From positions 27,093 through 91,092 of the forward strand of contig NZ_JBHYDS010000011.1 of the NCBI RefSeq assembly GCF_051860585.1: DNA of 64,000 bases. Reading direction: 5' to 3'. The translations under genes and the position numbers were made by a program. The notes beneath the pieces are model-generated. The model was not told the DNA's origin. It saw nothing but the letters and a program-made list of their open reading frames with translations, and searched no databases. Positions 38,801-46,849 of the stretch are shown in pieces (position 1 is the first letter of the stretch; each line of letters starts with the position of its first letter). Source of the stretch: Hyphomicrobium sp. GTDB taxonomy: Bacteria > Pseudomonadota > Alphaproteobacteria > Rhizobiales > Hyphomicrobiaceae.

Positions 38801-38989
38801 GTACTTGCAGAAGGAGCAGGGGCTTCGGCGCGTAAATCCATCGGCATCACGGTTTTCACCGGCATGCTCGCGTCGACCTGCCTTGCGGTCCTGTTCGTTC
38901 CCTCCCTGTTCGTCGTAGTTCAGAAATTTGAAGAATGGCGGGGCGGGAAAAAAGGCGCGGCAAAGGTCGAGGCCCCTCAGTTGGGATGA
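35840..38989 (+). CDS. HAE1 RND efflux permease
   Basis: FFIERPVLA, SQYPNVVPP, GIVVDDAIVVVE, SAKNAILIVE, RFRPILMTS. Confidence 0.96.
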   Translation: MISKFFIERPVLANVIAILMVVIGTVAVFRLPVSQYPNVVPPTVQVTARYPGASARTVIDTVALPIEQQVNGVEGMLYMQSFATSDGTYALTVTFEIGTDLNAAQVLVQNRVSSAMASLPQSVQTQGVVVQKKSTAILQIITLTSPDNSFDSLYLSNYGTIKLKDELARLPGVGNVNVFGAGQYSMRIWLDPASMQARNLNAQDVIQALQQQSEQVTAGQLGMPPAPSTQSFQYTIDVVSRFDDPAQFANVVVKTGANGDLTRLRDVGRVELGAQTYSQVFNLDGKQAAGLAIFQTPGANALDVAQRVADKIRVLSHEFPQGMAYSIPFDTTLFVQAAISEVYKTLLEAAVLVLIVILVFLQDWRATLVPATTVPVTIIGAFAAMAALGFSINLSTLFAIVLAIGIVVDDAIVVVEGAAHKIEKGLSGHDAAIGAMNELMGPIIGITLVLMAVFLPASFLPGLTGQMYAQFALVIAATALISAINAATLKPTQCALWLRPPVPPEKRNFFYRGFNAIYDRAEKGYSRLIGSMVRHSGVMALIAAAIVGAAIYGMSRAPTGFLPIEDQGYLLAAVQLPDGASLDRTQKTLQQVEQIANSVDGVERVITIGGISVLDNSASLANGGVAYIMLKDWSVRGKGQDLASLYKTINDKLTNMKDGNVLVLPPPPIQGIGNAGGFTLQIELRDGSFDLSKLGSATTAVVAAASTQSGIQRISTSFRASAPQYKVNIDREKVQALLLTTDQVFSTLATYMGSSYVSQFNKFGRVFQIYVQGDASFRMNPDDVLRLKARNQNGDMIPLGTVLTIEPSLGPSLISLYNLYPSATVVGVPAKGFSSGDMIALMDGITAHTLPTGVGSSWTALSYQEKLVGGQIYFVFALAMLLVYLVLAGQYESWFAPMTVLFAVPLSLVGPVLVFLLLRIEINLYAQIGLVLLIALSAKNAILIVEVARELRHAGKPILDSAIEAARARFRPILMTSFTFALGVLPLVLAEGAGASARKSIGITVFTGMLASTCLAVLFVPSLFVVVQKFEEWRGGKKGAAKVEAPQLG

Positions 38990-39025
38990 CGACCTCGCAA
39001 TACGCAGCACGCGCTGGATGCCAGC

Positions 39026-39120
39026 GTCAGCTCTTTGAGGCGCAGCGGAAATCACCCGGACGGGACGAATGCACTGACAACGCTCACCAGGCTGACTTCC
39101 GCTGTCTCGGCATTGCAGAC
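39026..39120. repeat. Paired palindromic element, copy 3
   Basis: GTCAGC-N13-GCGGAA, 46 bp, TTCCGC-N12-GCAGAC. Confidence 0.7.
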
Positions 39121-40165
39121 GTGACGATGAGGCGAGGGGAAAGTGTTCTTGGGGTCGGGAGCGGAAACCATCCCTGCGGTCGCGAGCGACCGGAACAACC
39201 GACCTACCGAGATTGGTGGCGTGGTGATGGGCGGTTTAGCGGTTCGGCAAGTACGGCTACCTGTTAGCCTCGACTTTCGCTCCTCCCTTTGGCGAGATTA
39301 CTTCGCCTTAGCGCTAAGATTGCCTTGAGCGCGGCGTCTTGCGCGAGTAACAACGCGCGTGGCGAGACCGGCCCGCTGGACCACGCGCCGCAGGCTGCGA
39401 GGCTGGTCGGCAACCGTTCCGTCGCACAACGTGGTGGTCGGATCGCGTACGCGACCGGAAGGAACGCTAATCTCTTCGATTTCCGAAAAGTGAGCCGTGG
39501 TGAACGAGCGAAGACCCTTATCCTTCGCGATCTTGCCCCGGTGCCCCTACAGATCGAGGCCGATCGTGCCCCTTGCCCCTATAGACCAACACCAAGCCCT
39601 TGCCCCTACCCCCGTAGAGAAGGCAACGCCCCGCGACCGGGCGGGCGGAGCCCCGCCAGCGGCAAGCCCGCGCCTCAATACCGGTGGTATCGCTTGCAAC
39701 GATCGCCCCACACATCAGGTGAACGAGGCACGTGTCCTTCGAGGGTCTGCGCCCCCTTGTCCTGCACCCCCTCGCCCGTGCACGGCCTTGCACGTCAGCC
39801 GTAGGGCCTAATGCGAGGCGACGGCCCCCCGCCCCTGCGGGTCCTTCCGGCCTTCCTCGCCCCCTGCGGCGCGCGGCCCCCCAGGTTTTGAGCGTTTTCC
39901 CTAATTGTATTTTCCCGCTTCGTTTCGTTTCTGCGAGGCACTGCCGATTTGACCTCGCATTTTCGAACCGGTGGCTGCTGAGCGACATCATTCGCTGCGG
40001 GGGCCATTCTGATCCCCGCTGAGCGAGACGGCTTAGCGACCCAAGCGCGGCACGTAGCGAGTGCCAGGGGCCAAATTGTAAAACATATCACCAAGGCCTG
40101 TGAGTTACGGGGATTGCCACGATGCGTTGCGTGCGAGGGGGAAGATGTCGGCGTAATAGTAAAGT

Positions 40166-40711
40166 ATGGCTGAGAGCCCTCCCGGGTCGCAATTGATGGC
40201 CGTGCTTGGGCAAGTCAACGACTGGCTGAAGTACGCGGAAGTCAAAAATGGCGCGCTGTTGACCATCAACGGCGCGCTCATCCTGGGCGTACACCAAATG
40301 CTGGACTGGCACGACCAGCGGCCCGGCCTCCTCGACGCTTTTACGTGGATGGCGACAGCGTTCTTTGCAACATCAATGCTAGTCGGGCTGGCGTCTTTCT
40401 ACGCGCGAACAAAAACGTTCGGGTTCGACATCGAGCAGGCCACCGGCGACGGCGCGACGAACGCCCTTTACTACGGCCACTTGGCGGACATGACGCGCTC
40501 CGAGGTGTTGACGCGTTTGATCGACGGCTACGATCCGGCCACTCCCAACCGGCATCTCGACGACCTCGCCGACCAGATCATCATCAATTCAAAAATTGCA
40601 CGACGGAAGTTTGCTCTTTTTAACTGCGCGCTGATGCTAACGATCGCGGCTGCCGTGACGCCCGTCGGCGCGCTCCTGTATTACTGGAGCTTATGCGATG
40701 ACAGACTTTAG
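40166..40711 (+). CDS. pycTM: Pycsar transmembrane effector (PycTM/DUF5706-like)
   Basis: VNDWLKYAEVKNGALL, TM pair, LYYGHLA, DLADQIIINSKIARRKF, C-terminal TM. Confidence 0.85.
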   Translation: MAESPPGSQLMAVLGQVNDWLKYAEVKNGALLTINGALILGVHQMLDWHDQRPGLLDAFTWMATAFFATSMLVGLASFYARTKTFGFDIEQATGDGATNALYYGHLADMTRSEVLTRLIDGYDPATPNRHLDDLADQIIINSKIARRKFALFNCALMLTIAAAVTPVGALLYYWSLCDDRL

Positions 40712-41579
40712 GAATGTGGTGACCAACATCGCCGAAGCGGCCGCAGAAGTAGTCGGGCTACGGACGGACGCGGTGCAGGCAATTATCGACGACGAAACAC
40801 GCATATTGGGTGAGGCGGTTGGGGTGACGCGGCGTAACGCCATTCCAGCGACCAGCGAGATCCCGCTTCAGAACGCCACCAGCTGGTTCGAAATCCCGGA
40901 CGTGATCGCATGCTTCGTCGACATGGAAGGCTCGACTAAGCTGAGCGCGACCACGCATCCAAAGACGACGGCAAAAGCGTATCGCTACTTCACCAACACG
41001 GCGATCCGCATCTTCGACGACTTCGACGCGCAATACATTGACGTGCGCGGTGACGGCGTGTTCGCGCTGTTTAACGGCGACCGGCCACACACGGCCCTGG
41101 CGGCGACGGTGTCGTTCAAGGACTTCGTCAGTAGGGAATTCACACCGCGCATCAAGAAGCTGACGGAACTCAATATTGGCGGGCACTACGGGATTGATCG
41201 TAAAAACGTGCTGGTCCGGCGGATGGGCCTGAAATTCTACAACAACGACCTTCACCGGCAGAACGAGGTGTGGGCCGGAAAACCCATCAACATGGCGGCC
41301 AAGTTGGCCAGCAGATCGAGCAACGGCGAGATCTGGGTATCGGATCGCTTCCATAAATTCTTGTGGGGCGAGAACTCGCTTGTGACCTGCGGCTGCGTTG
41401 GCGGGCAGTTTACCGGCGTGAGAACCAAACTTTGGAGCGAGATATCGGTCAAGGACGACGATCGCTTCGACTTCGAAAACGCTCACGTCCTGACGAGCGA
41501 TTGGTGCAAACACCACGGTAAGGCGTTCTGTAAATCCATCGTTAAATACGACCAAGATCAGTCGCGTCGCGCGAGCTAA
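40698..41579 (+). CDS. pycC: Pycsar pyrimidine cyclase (class III nucleotide cyclase)
   Basis: FVDMEGST and RGDGVF metal-binding Asp motifs, VWAGKPINMAAKL; 14-bp overlap with the effector gene. Confidence 0.85.
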   Translation: MTDFRNVVTNIAEAAAEVVGLRTDAVQAIIDDETRILGEAVGVTRRNAIPATSEIPLQNATSWFEIPDVIACFVDMEGSTKLSATTHPKTTAKAYRYFTNTAIRIFDDFDAQYIDVRGDGVFALFNGDRPHTALAATVSFKDFVSREFTPRIKKLTELNIGGHYGIDRKNVLVRRMGLKFYNNDLHRQNEVWAGKPINMAAKLASRSSNGEIWVSDRFHKFLWGENSLVTCGCVGGQFTGVRTKLWSEISVKDDDRFDFENAHVLTSDWCKHHGKAFCKSIVKYDQDQSRRAS

Positions 41580-41779
41580 CGGAGCGACGAGGCGTATGTG
41601 GCCCGAGCTGGACCACCAACGCTTTCGCTGCGCGAGCGAGAGAACCTGGGCGAGGACGCGCGGTTCTGGCCATGAGGCACCTTCGCTGACCATCAGAACG
41701 GCGACCTCGCGGAACGCGCCGTTCGCGTCCGCAGTCTTGGTTTCGGCCTCAAGTATTAGCGCATCCCTGGCAGATCCCA

Positions 41780-42895
41780 ATGAGAACACCGACCAATGCG
41801 CTCCCAACGAACGTCGGACTTGCCGACCTGAGCGGTGTTGGGAAGATTTTCTATCATCTTCGATACAGGTTTTTGCCGGTCGAGTTCGCCGACCTTTGCA
41901 CGCTGATCGAAGAAATTGTTCTTCGCGATCATATTTTGCTTATCGGCAAAGGGGCTACCACGCCAAAGCATTATGTCGACGCCATTGAGCCGCTGATAAG
42001 AGCGCAGGTCTTCCAGTTTAACTTGAAATCGACGCCGATAGGTCGGATCGAGCGCCCGTCAACTTCCGCTCTTAATGCGTCGCACTCGGCGTACGTCCAG
42101 GGACTTACGAAGTCCACCATCACGGATGCAGATCTTGAGATCACGCGCCTCTTAGGAGCGGAAGCGGACCTCAAAATTCCGGCCACGGTCCTCCTTCGCA
42201 ACCTCCACAATTTCGGAGTGGCTCGCCGCCCCCGATTTGAGCACGTACTGTGTGATTTAGTGGAAAGGAACAAAAAGCTCGCCAGGGATGCGCAGTCACT
42301 TCACGGAGAAATTCTGAGGTACGGCCCTCCTGCAAGGGGCTTCGTGAACCTCAACCTTCCGCCGCTAGCGCTTGCCGTCTTTGAGAGGGCCGCTAGCTTC
42401 GAGAAGGTCATTGAAATGATACTTGACCTTCGCGCTGCACTTACTGATTTGAGAAATGAGACGCGCGCCCTGAATGAGCAACTTTCCGATCCGGCGACCC
42501 CCTTCGAAGATTTCGACCGTCTCATTCAAGAATGGGAAACCAGATGGAGGATGTCGTGGAATACCGCGCTCGCATCTCCCATGTACGTAGCCAACACTTC
42601 GGTCGCGCTGCTCATTCGCAGCGGCCTAGTTGTGAAATCCCTGTGTACCGGCGAGTGGGCAGGGGCGTTTAAGGACGGAGCCGGCGTGCTCAAGGATATC
42701 TACAACGAAGCCCAACTGAGAGCGCTAAGACCCCTGCATCGCCCAGTTGCGAACTACCTCAATTCGTCTCGTAATCAAATGCGCGAACACGTGTCTCGCG
42801 TGTTCGAAACGGATCCTGATAGAGTTGACATCATGATGCACCGTTTAGCGGCGCCCAAATCTCTCTGGAGGCAGGCTTTCCGTGGCGACGGCTGA
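41780..42895 (+). CDS. Hypothetical protein (371 aa), defence-island context
   Basis: Long ORF with protein-like helical composition; no family recognised. Confidence 0.7.
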   Translation: MRTPTNALPTNVGLADLSGVGKIFYHLRYRFLPVEFADLCTLIEEIVLRDHILLIGKGATTPKHYVDAIEPLIRAQVFQFNLKSTPIGRIERPSTSALNASHSAYVQGLTKSTITDADLEITRLLGAEADLKIPATVLLRNLHNFGVARRPRFEHVLCDLVERNKKLARDAQSLHGEILRYGPPARGFVNLNLPPLALAVFERAASFEKVIEMILDLRAALTDLRNETRALNEQLSDPATPFEDFDRLIQEWETRWRMSWNTALASPMYVANTSVALLIRSGLVVKSLCTGEWAGAFKDGAGVLKDIYNEAQLRALRPLHRPVANYLNSSRNQMREHVSRVFETDPDRVDIMMHRLAAPKSLWRQAFRGDG

Positions 42896-43041
42896 CCGAC
42901 GACGCAGTTGGAGAGGCGCGGAGCCTCATGTCCCCGAAGGAAAATTAGGGTGTTGACTTTTTCAAGCCTTTTACAAATATAAGTTTGGCCTCAGACACGC
43001 GTCGGGGCGTCGGCAGACACCCCGCAACTAGCCGGGGTCGA

Positions 43042-43278
43042 ATGCAAAAACTCAGCCCACAATCGCTTATTCTCCCGCGCGGCCTCGGCCGGATCGCAGC
43101 GGCGGCTTACGTCGGTATATCTCCTTCGAAGTTTGACCAACTCGTTCACGAGCGTCGGATGCCGCCGCCCCGGCGCATCGACGCCCGCAAAATTTGGGAT
43201 CGCTTAGAGCTGGACGCGGCTTTCGAGGAACTCCCTAATGAAGGAAGGCCCCCTTCCGAAGCGAATGACTGGGAGTAA
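43042..43278 (+). CDS. Excisionase/AlpA-like recombination directionality factor
   Basis: PRGL..AAAYVGIS.SKFDQLV..RMPPP..ID.RKIWD..ELDAAF; 5 bp before the integrase. Confidence 0.85.
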   Translation: MQKLSPQSLILPRGLGRIAAAAYVGISPSKFDQLVHERRMPPPRRIDARKIWDRLELDAAFEELPNEGRPPSEANDWE

Positions 43279-43283
43279 ATGCG

Positions 43284-44327
43284 ATGGCGCGGATCAAGCT
43301 CAAGTTTGTTCATGAGTTCACCGATCGCCACGGGACCGTGCGTCGCTACTTCAGAAAGGCCGGCAGGCGCGTTCCGCTCTCTGGCCCGCCCGGCTCCCGT
43401 GAATTCATGGAGGCCTACCAGGACGCCCTGGACGAAGTCTCGAAGCCGCGCAGCGACATCGGCGCTCCTAGGACGACGGCCGGGACCGTTTCCGCGCTGA
43501 TCGCCGCTTTTTATCTGTCCTCTCGTTTCAAGCAGCTCGCTCCGGTAACTCAACAGACTTACCGCAACCGCTTGGAACGTTTCCGAGTGGCCCACGGAGA
43601 GAAGCGTTGGGCCCACATCCAAACTGTTCACATCCGCACGCTTATCGACGGCGTGGCCGATCGGCCGGGTGTGGCGAACGAACTGCTGAAGACCATTCGG
43701 ACTATCGCGCGTTTTGCCGTCGAGCGCGGGTTCCGCGCAGACGATCCCACTCATGGCCTCAAAACCCTCCGGGCTAAGACCGATGGCTTCGCAACGTGGA
43801 GCGAGGCCGACATTGTCAAGTTCGAGGCTCATTTCGGTTTGGAGACCCGGCAGCGCCTCGCCATGGCGCTGCTCCTCTACACCGGTCAGCGTCGAGGCGA
43901 CGTGGTGCGCATGGGGCGAAAGCACGTCCGAGAAGGCGTCCTCACGATCGTGCAGTCGAAGACAAGCACCGAGGTCGCGATACCCATGCACCCGGATCTC
44001 GCGGCCACCATCGCGACCGGGCCCGTGGGCCTCTCGCATTTTCTCGTGACCGAGTTTGGCAAGCCGTTTACGGCGAACGGTTTCGGGAATTGGTTCCGCG
44101 ACGCCGTTGACGCGGCCAGGCTCCCCAAGGGTCTGAGCGCGCATGGCTTGCGGAAGGCGGCTTGCCGCCGCCTCGCAGAGGCGGGCTGCTCATCTCACGA
44201 GATCATGTCGATCAGCGGCCATAAAAGCCTTCAAGAGGTCGAGCGCTATACGCGCGCAGCGAACCGCGAACGCATGGCGCAAACCGCAATGGATGCGGTG
44301 GTCTTGAAGTTCGGTAGGAAGGGATGA
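43284..44327 (+). CDS. Phage-type tyrosine integrase
   Basis: TGQRRGD, QSKT, HGLRKAA, SGHKS, RYT: catalytic R-K-H-R-H-Y set present. Confidence 0.95.
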   Translation: MARIKLKFVHEFTDRHGTVRRYFRKAGRRVPLSGPPGSREFMEAYQDALDEVSKPRSDIGAPRTTAGTVSALIAAFYLSSRFKQLAPVTQQTYRNRLERFRVAHGEKRWAHIQTVHIRTLIDGVADRPGVANELLKTIRTIARFAVERGFRADDPTHGLKTLRAKTDGFATWSEADIVKFEAHFGLETRQRLAMALLLYTGQRRGDVVRMGRKHVREGVLTIVQSKTSTEVAIPMHPDLAATIATGPVGLSHFLVTEFGKPFTANGFGNWFRDAVDAARLPKGLSAHGLRKAACRRLAEAGCSSHEIMSISGHKSLQEVERYTRAANRERMAQTAMDAVVLKFGRKG

Positions 44328-44338
44328 CGAACATCCGA

Positions 44339-44365
44339 GTGGCAAACTCAAGTCTGGGTTTGCCA
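44339..44365. promoter_or_regulatory. Putative arm-type sites, right end
   Basis: GTGGCAAAC 44339-47 and inverted GTTTGCCA 44358-65. Confidence 0.55.
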
Positions 44366-44410
44366 GTTCGGTTGCTAACCACTAGATATGAAAGGGAAAT
44401 TTTTTAGAGA

Positions 44411-44485
44411 TGGCGGTCCCTACGGGAGTCGAACCCGTCTTTCAAGATTGAAAATCTCGCGTCCTAACCGATAGACGAAGGGACC
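44411..44485 (-). tRNA. tRNA-Glu (TTC)
   Basis: GGTCCCT acceptor stem/AGGGACC, CGAGA-TTTTCAA-TCTTG anticodon arm, GGTTCGACTCC T-arm, encoded CCA; 75 nt. Confidence 0.95.
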
Positions 44486-44640
44486 GTCCGGGGCGTCATG
44501 CGCCGAGACAGCGGCCTGATATAGAAAGGTTTGCCGGGCGACGCAAGCAGAGCCTCAGCTTCACGGGCGTCACCAGTGTCGCGCCGGGCAAATCCGGCTG
44601 CCGCATGGGAAATTCCCCGCACGGAGCAACGCCTTGCACC

Positions 44641-46500
44641 CTATTGCGCCCGCGGGTCGGCCGCATCCTCGATCTGCAGTTCGATACGATTACGCCCGCC
44701 CCACGTGTCACGGCGCAGTTGCCCGACGATATGCAGCGGAAAGCCACCCGAGGCCGCGACCAGCATCTCGCCGAGCGGTTGCCCGGCGGCCCGGAACGCC
44801 ACGGCATCGAGCCGCGAGCCGTCCCCCGCTTCCAGCACGCACCGGATATGCGCCGTGCCGACCGGCTTGGCGAATTTCACGCGATGCGCCGGGAAGGCGA
44901 ACCGCGGCTGCGGATTGCCCTGCCCATAGGGCCCTGCACGCTCGAGCAGATCGATCAGCGCCTCGTTGGCTGCAGAAGGAGTGAGCGCCCCGTCGATGGC
45001 GAGCGACGCCCGCGCCGCGAGCCGCGCCGCAGAGCCCGTCAGCGCGGCTGCAAAGAACGCGGCCAGCGTTTCCGATTTCGATTGGTCGACCGTCAGCCCG
45101 GCCGCCATGGCATGCCCGCCGCCCTTGAGCAGATGACCGGCCGCCACCGCCTCACGCACCACGCCGCCGATGTCGATGCCCGACACGGACCGCAGCGACC
45201 CGGTGCCGGCGATGATCCCATCCACGGGGCTCTTGTCCCACGCGATCACGCACGACGGCCGCTTGAAACGCTCCGTCAGCCGGCTCGCGATCAGCCCCAC
45301 GACGCCACGATGCCAGTCCGGAGATCCAACCACGACGACCGCGAGATCGGGCGTCGCTTCGAGCAGCCGGTCGGCCATCGCCAAGGCTTCCTCGAGCGCG
45401 GCCTGCTCGATCTCCTTGCGCTCCTTGTTGAGGCGGTCGAGCAGGATGGCGATCCGCGCCGCCTCCGTCTCGTCGTCCGTCGACAGCAGCTTCGCGCCCA
45501 GCGCCGCGTCCCCGATGCGCCCGCCCGCGTTGATGCGCGGGCCCAGGATGAAGCCGAGATGATACGCCGTCGGCGCCTCGCTCAGGCTCGCAGCGTCCGC
45601 CAGCGCCCGCAGGCCGACGTTATCGCGCCCGCGCATCACCGCGAGCCCCTTCGTGACATACGCGCGGTTGAGCCCCTTGAGCGGCACCACGTCCGCAACC
45701 GTCGCCAGCGCCACGAGATCGAGATCGCGAATGAGCGGCGGCTCGGCCGCTCCGCCGTTGTAGAGCCCGCGCCGTCTCAATTCACGCTGCGTGGCGACGA
45801 GCACCAGGAACACGACGCCCGCCGCGCACAGATGCCCCTGCCCGGAAATGTCGTCGCGCCGGTTCGGATTGACGAGCGCATGCACCGCCGGCAGCACCTC
45901 ATCCGCCTGATGGTGGTCGATGACGACGACGTCGATGTTGCGCCGTCCCGGCCCGGCCAGCACGTCGACGCTGGTCGTGCCGCAGTCGACTGTCACGATC
46001 AGCTTCGCGCCTTCCGCGATGAGTTGTTCGAGCGCGGCGGCATTGGGGCCGTATCCCTCGGTGAGACGATCCGGGATGTAGATCCGCGACGGCGTCTCGT
46101 GATGCGCCAGAAAACGCGCCACCAGCGCGGACGAGCACGCGCCGTCCACGTCGTAGTCACCGAATATCGCGACCGGCTCGCGGCGCTCGATGGCATCCGC
46201 CAGCCGCCGGGCCGCCTTGTCCATATCGGTCAGCGACGACGGATCGGGCATCAGCGCGCGAATGGTCGGATCCAGGAACACGGGCACGTCGTCGAGGCCC
46301 ACCCCGCGCGCGGCGAGCACGCGCCCGAGCAGCTCCGGCAATCCGTGATGCTGACTGATCGCGATGGCGTCCTTGGCCCGCGCCGGCTCCAGCATCTCCT
46401 GCCAGCGATTGCCGCGCGCCGAGCGCGAAACCCCGAGAAATGCGCCGTCGCCGGGCTCCTCCGCTTGAGGTCCGACGCGCATCTTGCGAACTGCCGTCAT
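44641..46500 (-). CDS. recJ: ssDNA-specific exonuclease RecJ
   Basis: GDYDVDG, TVDCG, DHH, GPRINAGGR, GGGHAMAAG, PYGQGNPQP. Confidence 0.97.
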   Translation of the reverse strand: MTAVRKMRVGPQAEEPGDGAFLGVSRSARGNRWQEMLEPARAKDAIAISQHHGLPELLGRVLAARGVGLDDVPVFLDPTIRALMPDPSSLTDMDKAARRLADAIERREPVAIFGDYDVDGACSSALVARFLAHHETPSRIYIPDRLTEGYGPNAAALEQLIAEGAKLIVTVDCGTTSVDVLAGPGRRNIDVVVIDHHQADEVLPAVHALVNPNRRDDISGQGHLCAAGVVFLVLVATQRELRRRGLYNGGAAEPPLIRDLDLVALATVADVVPLKGLNRAYVTKGLAVMRGRDNVGLRALADAASLSEAPTAYHLGFILGPRINAGGRIGDAALGAKLLSTDDETEAARIAILLDRLNKERKEIEQAALEEALAMADRLLEATPDLAVVVVGSPDWHRGVVGLIASRLTERFKRPSCVIAWDKSPVDGIIAGTGSLRSVSGIDIGGVVREAVAAGHLLKGGGHAMAAGLTVDQSKSETLAAFFAAALTGSAARLAARASLAIDGALTPSAANEALIDLLERAGPYGQGNPQPRFAFPAHRVKFAKPVGTAHIRCVLEAGDGSRLDAVAFRAAGQPLGEMLVAASGGFPLHIVGQLRRDTWGGRNRIELQIEDAADPRAQ

Positions 46501-46673
46501 GCCGAACTGCCCCGCACTGATTCGTTCCCGAAAAGCGTAACGTCCCAGGTGAGCCGCCCCCAGGCGAGGCCGCCACTCATGTTATCAACAGCCGAGCATG
46601 CTTGTCCGGAGACTGACGCTATGGCAGAGGTGGGCCAGACACACACGACCACACACAAAACCGAGGCGCCCAA

Positions 46674-46805
46674 ATGAGCGACCCTAAAAACCTTGTCATT
46701 GCCCTTCTGGTCATCGGCGTCGCGGTGCTGGGCTATCTCTACTACGACAGCCAGCAGTCCCACGTGCGCATCGACGTGCCTGGCTTCAAGCTGGAAGCCA
46801 AGTAA
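46674..46805 (+). CDS. Small single-TM protein (43 aa; not in ORF track)
   Basis: MSDPKNLVIALLVIGVAVLGYLYYDSQQSHVRIDVPGFKLEAK*; GAGG RBS; host-like codon usage. Confidence 0.75.
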   Translation: MSDPKNLVIALLVIGVAVLGYLYYDSQQSHVRIDVPGFKLEAK

Positions 46806-46849
46806 GCGATAAACCTTGGCCCGCTGCGACGCGGCGCGACTGAAGCGCG

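Larger units (their letters stand above)
1204..44428. mobile_element. ~43-kb tRNA-Glu-integrated genomic island (tyrosine integrase type)
   Basis: 19-bp direct repeats at both ends, one overlapping an intact tRNA 3' end; integrase and excisionase-like genes next to the tRNA; accessory cargo; core genes resume after 44485. Confidence 0.92.

Noticed and set aside
4318-39120. Classical integron with attC sites
   Set aside because: The sites lack RYYYAAC/GTTRRRY cores, and neither recombinase shows the IntI-specific insertion.
39289-40094. ORFs in the 39-40 kb gap
   Set aside because: Low-complexity Pro/Arg/Gly translations without convincing starts.
40758-41807. 349-aa minus-strand ORF over pycC
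   Set aside because: Antisense overlap, no recognisable domain.
42953-42983. Sigma70 promoter for xis-int
   Set aside because: TTGACT is present, but no good -10 at 16-18 bp spacing.
44605-46677. 690-aa plus-strand ORF
   Set aside because: Antisense shadow of recJ with Arg/Gly-rich composition.
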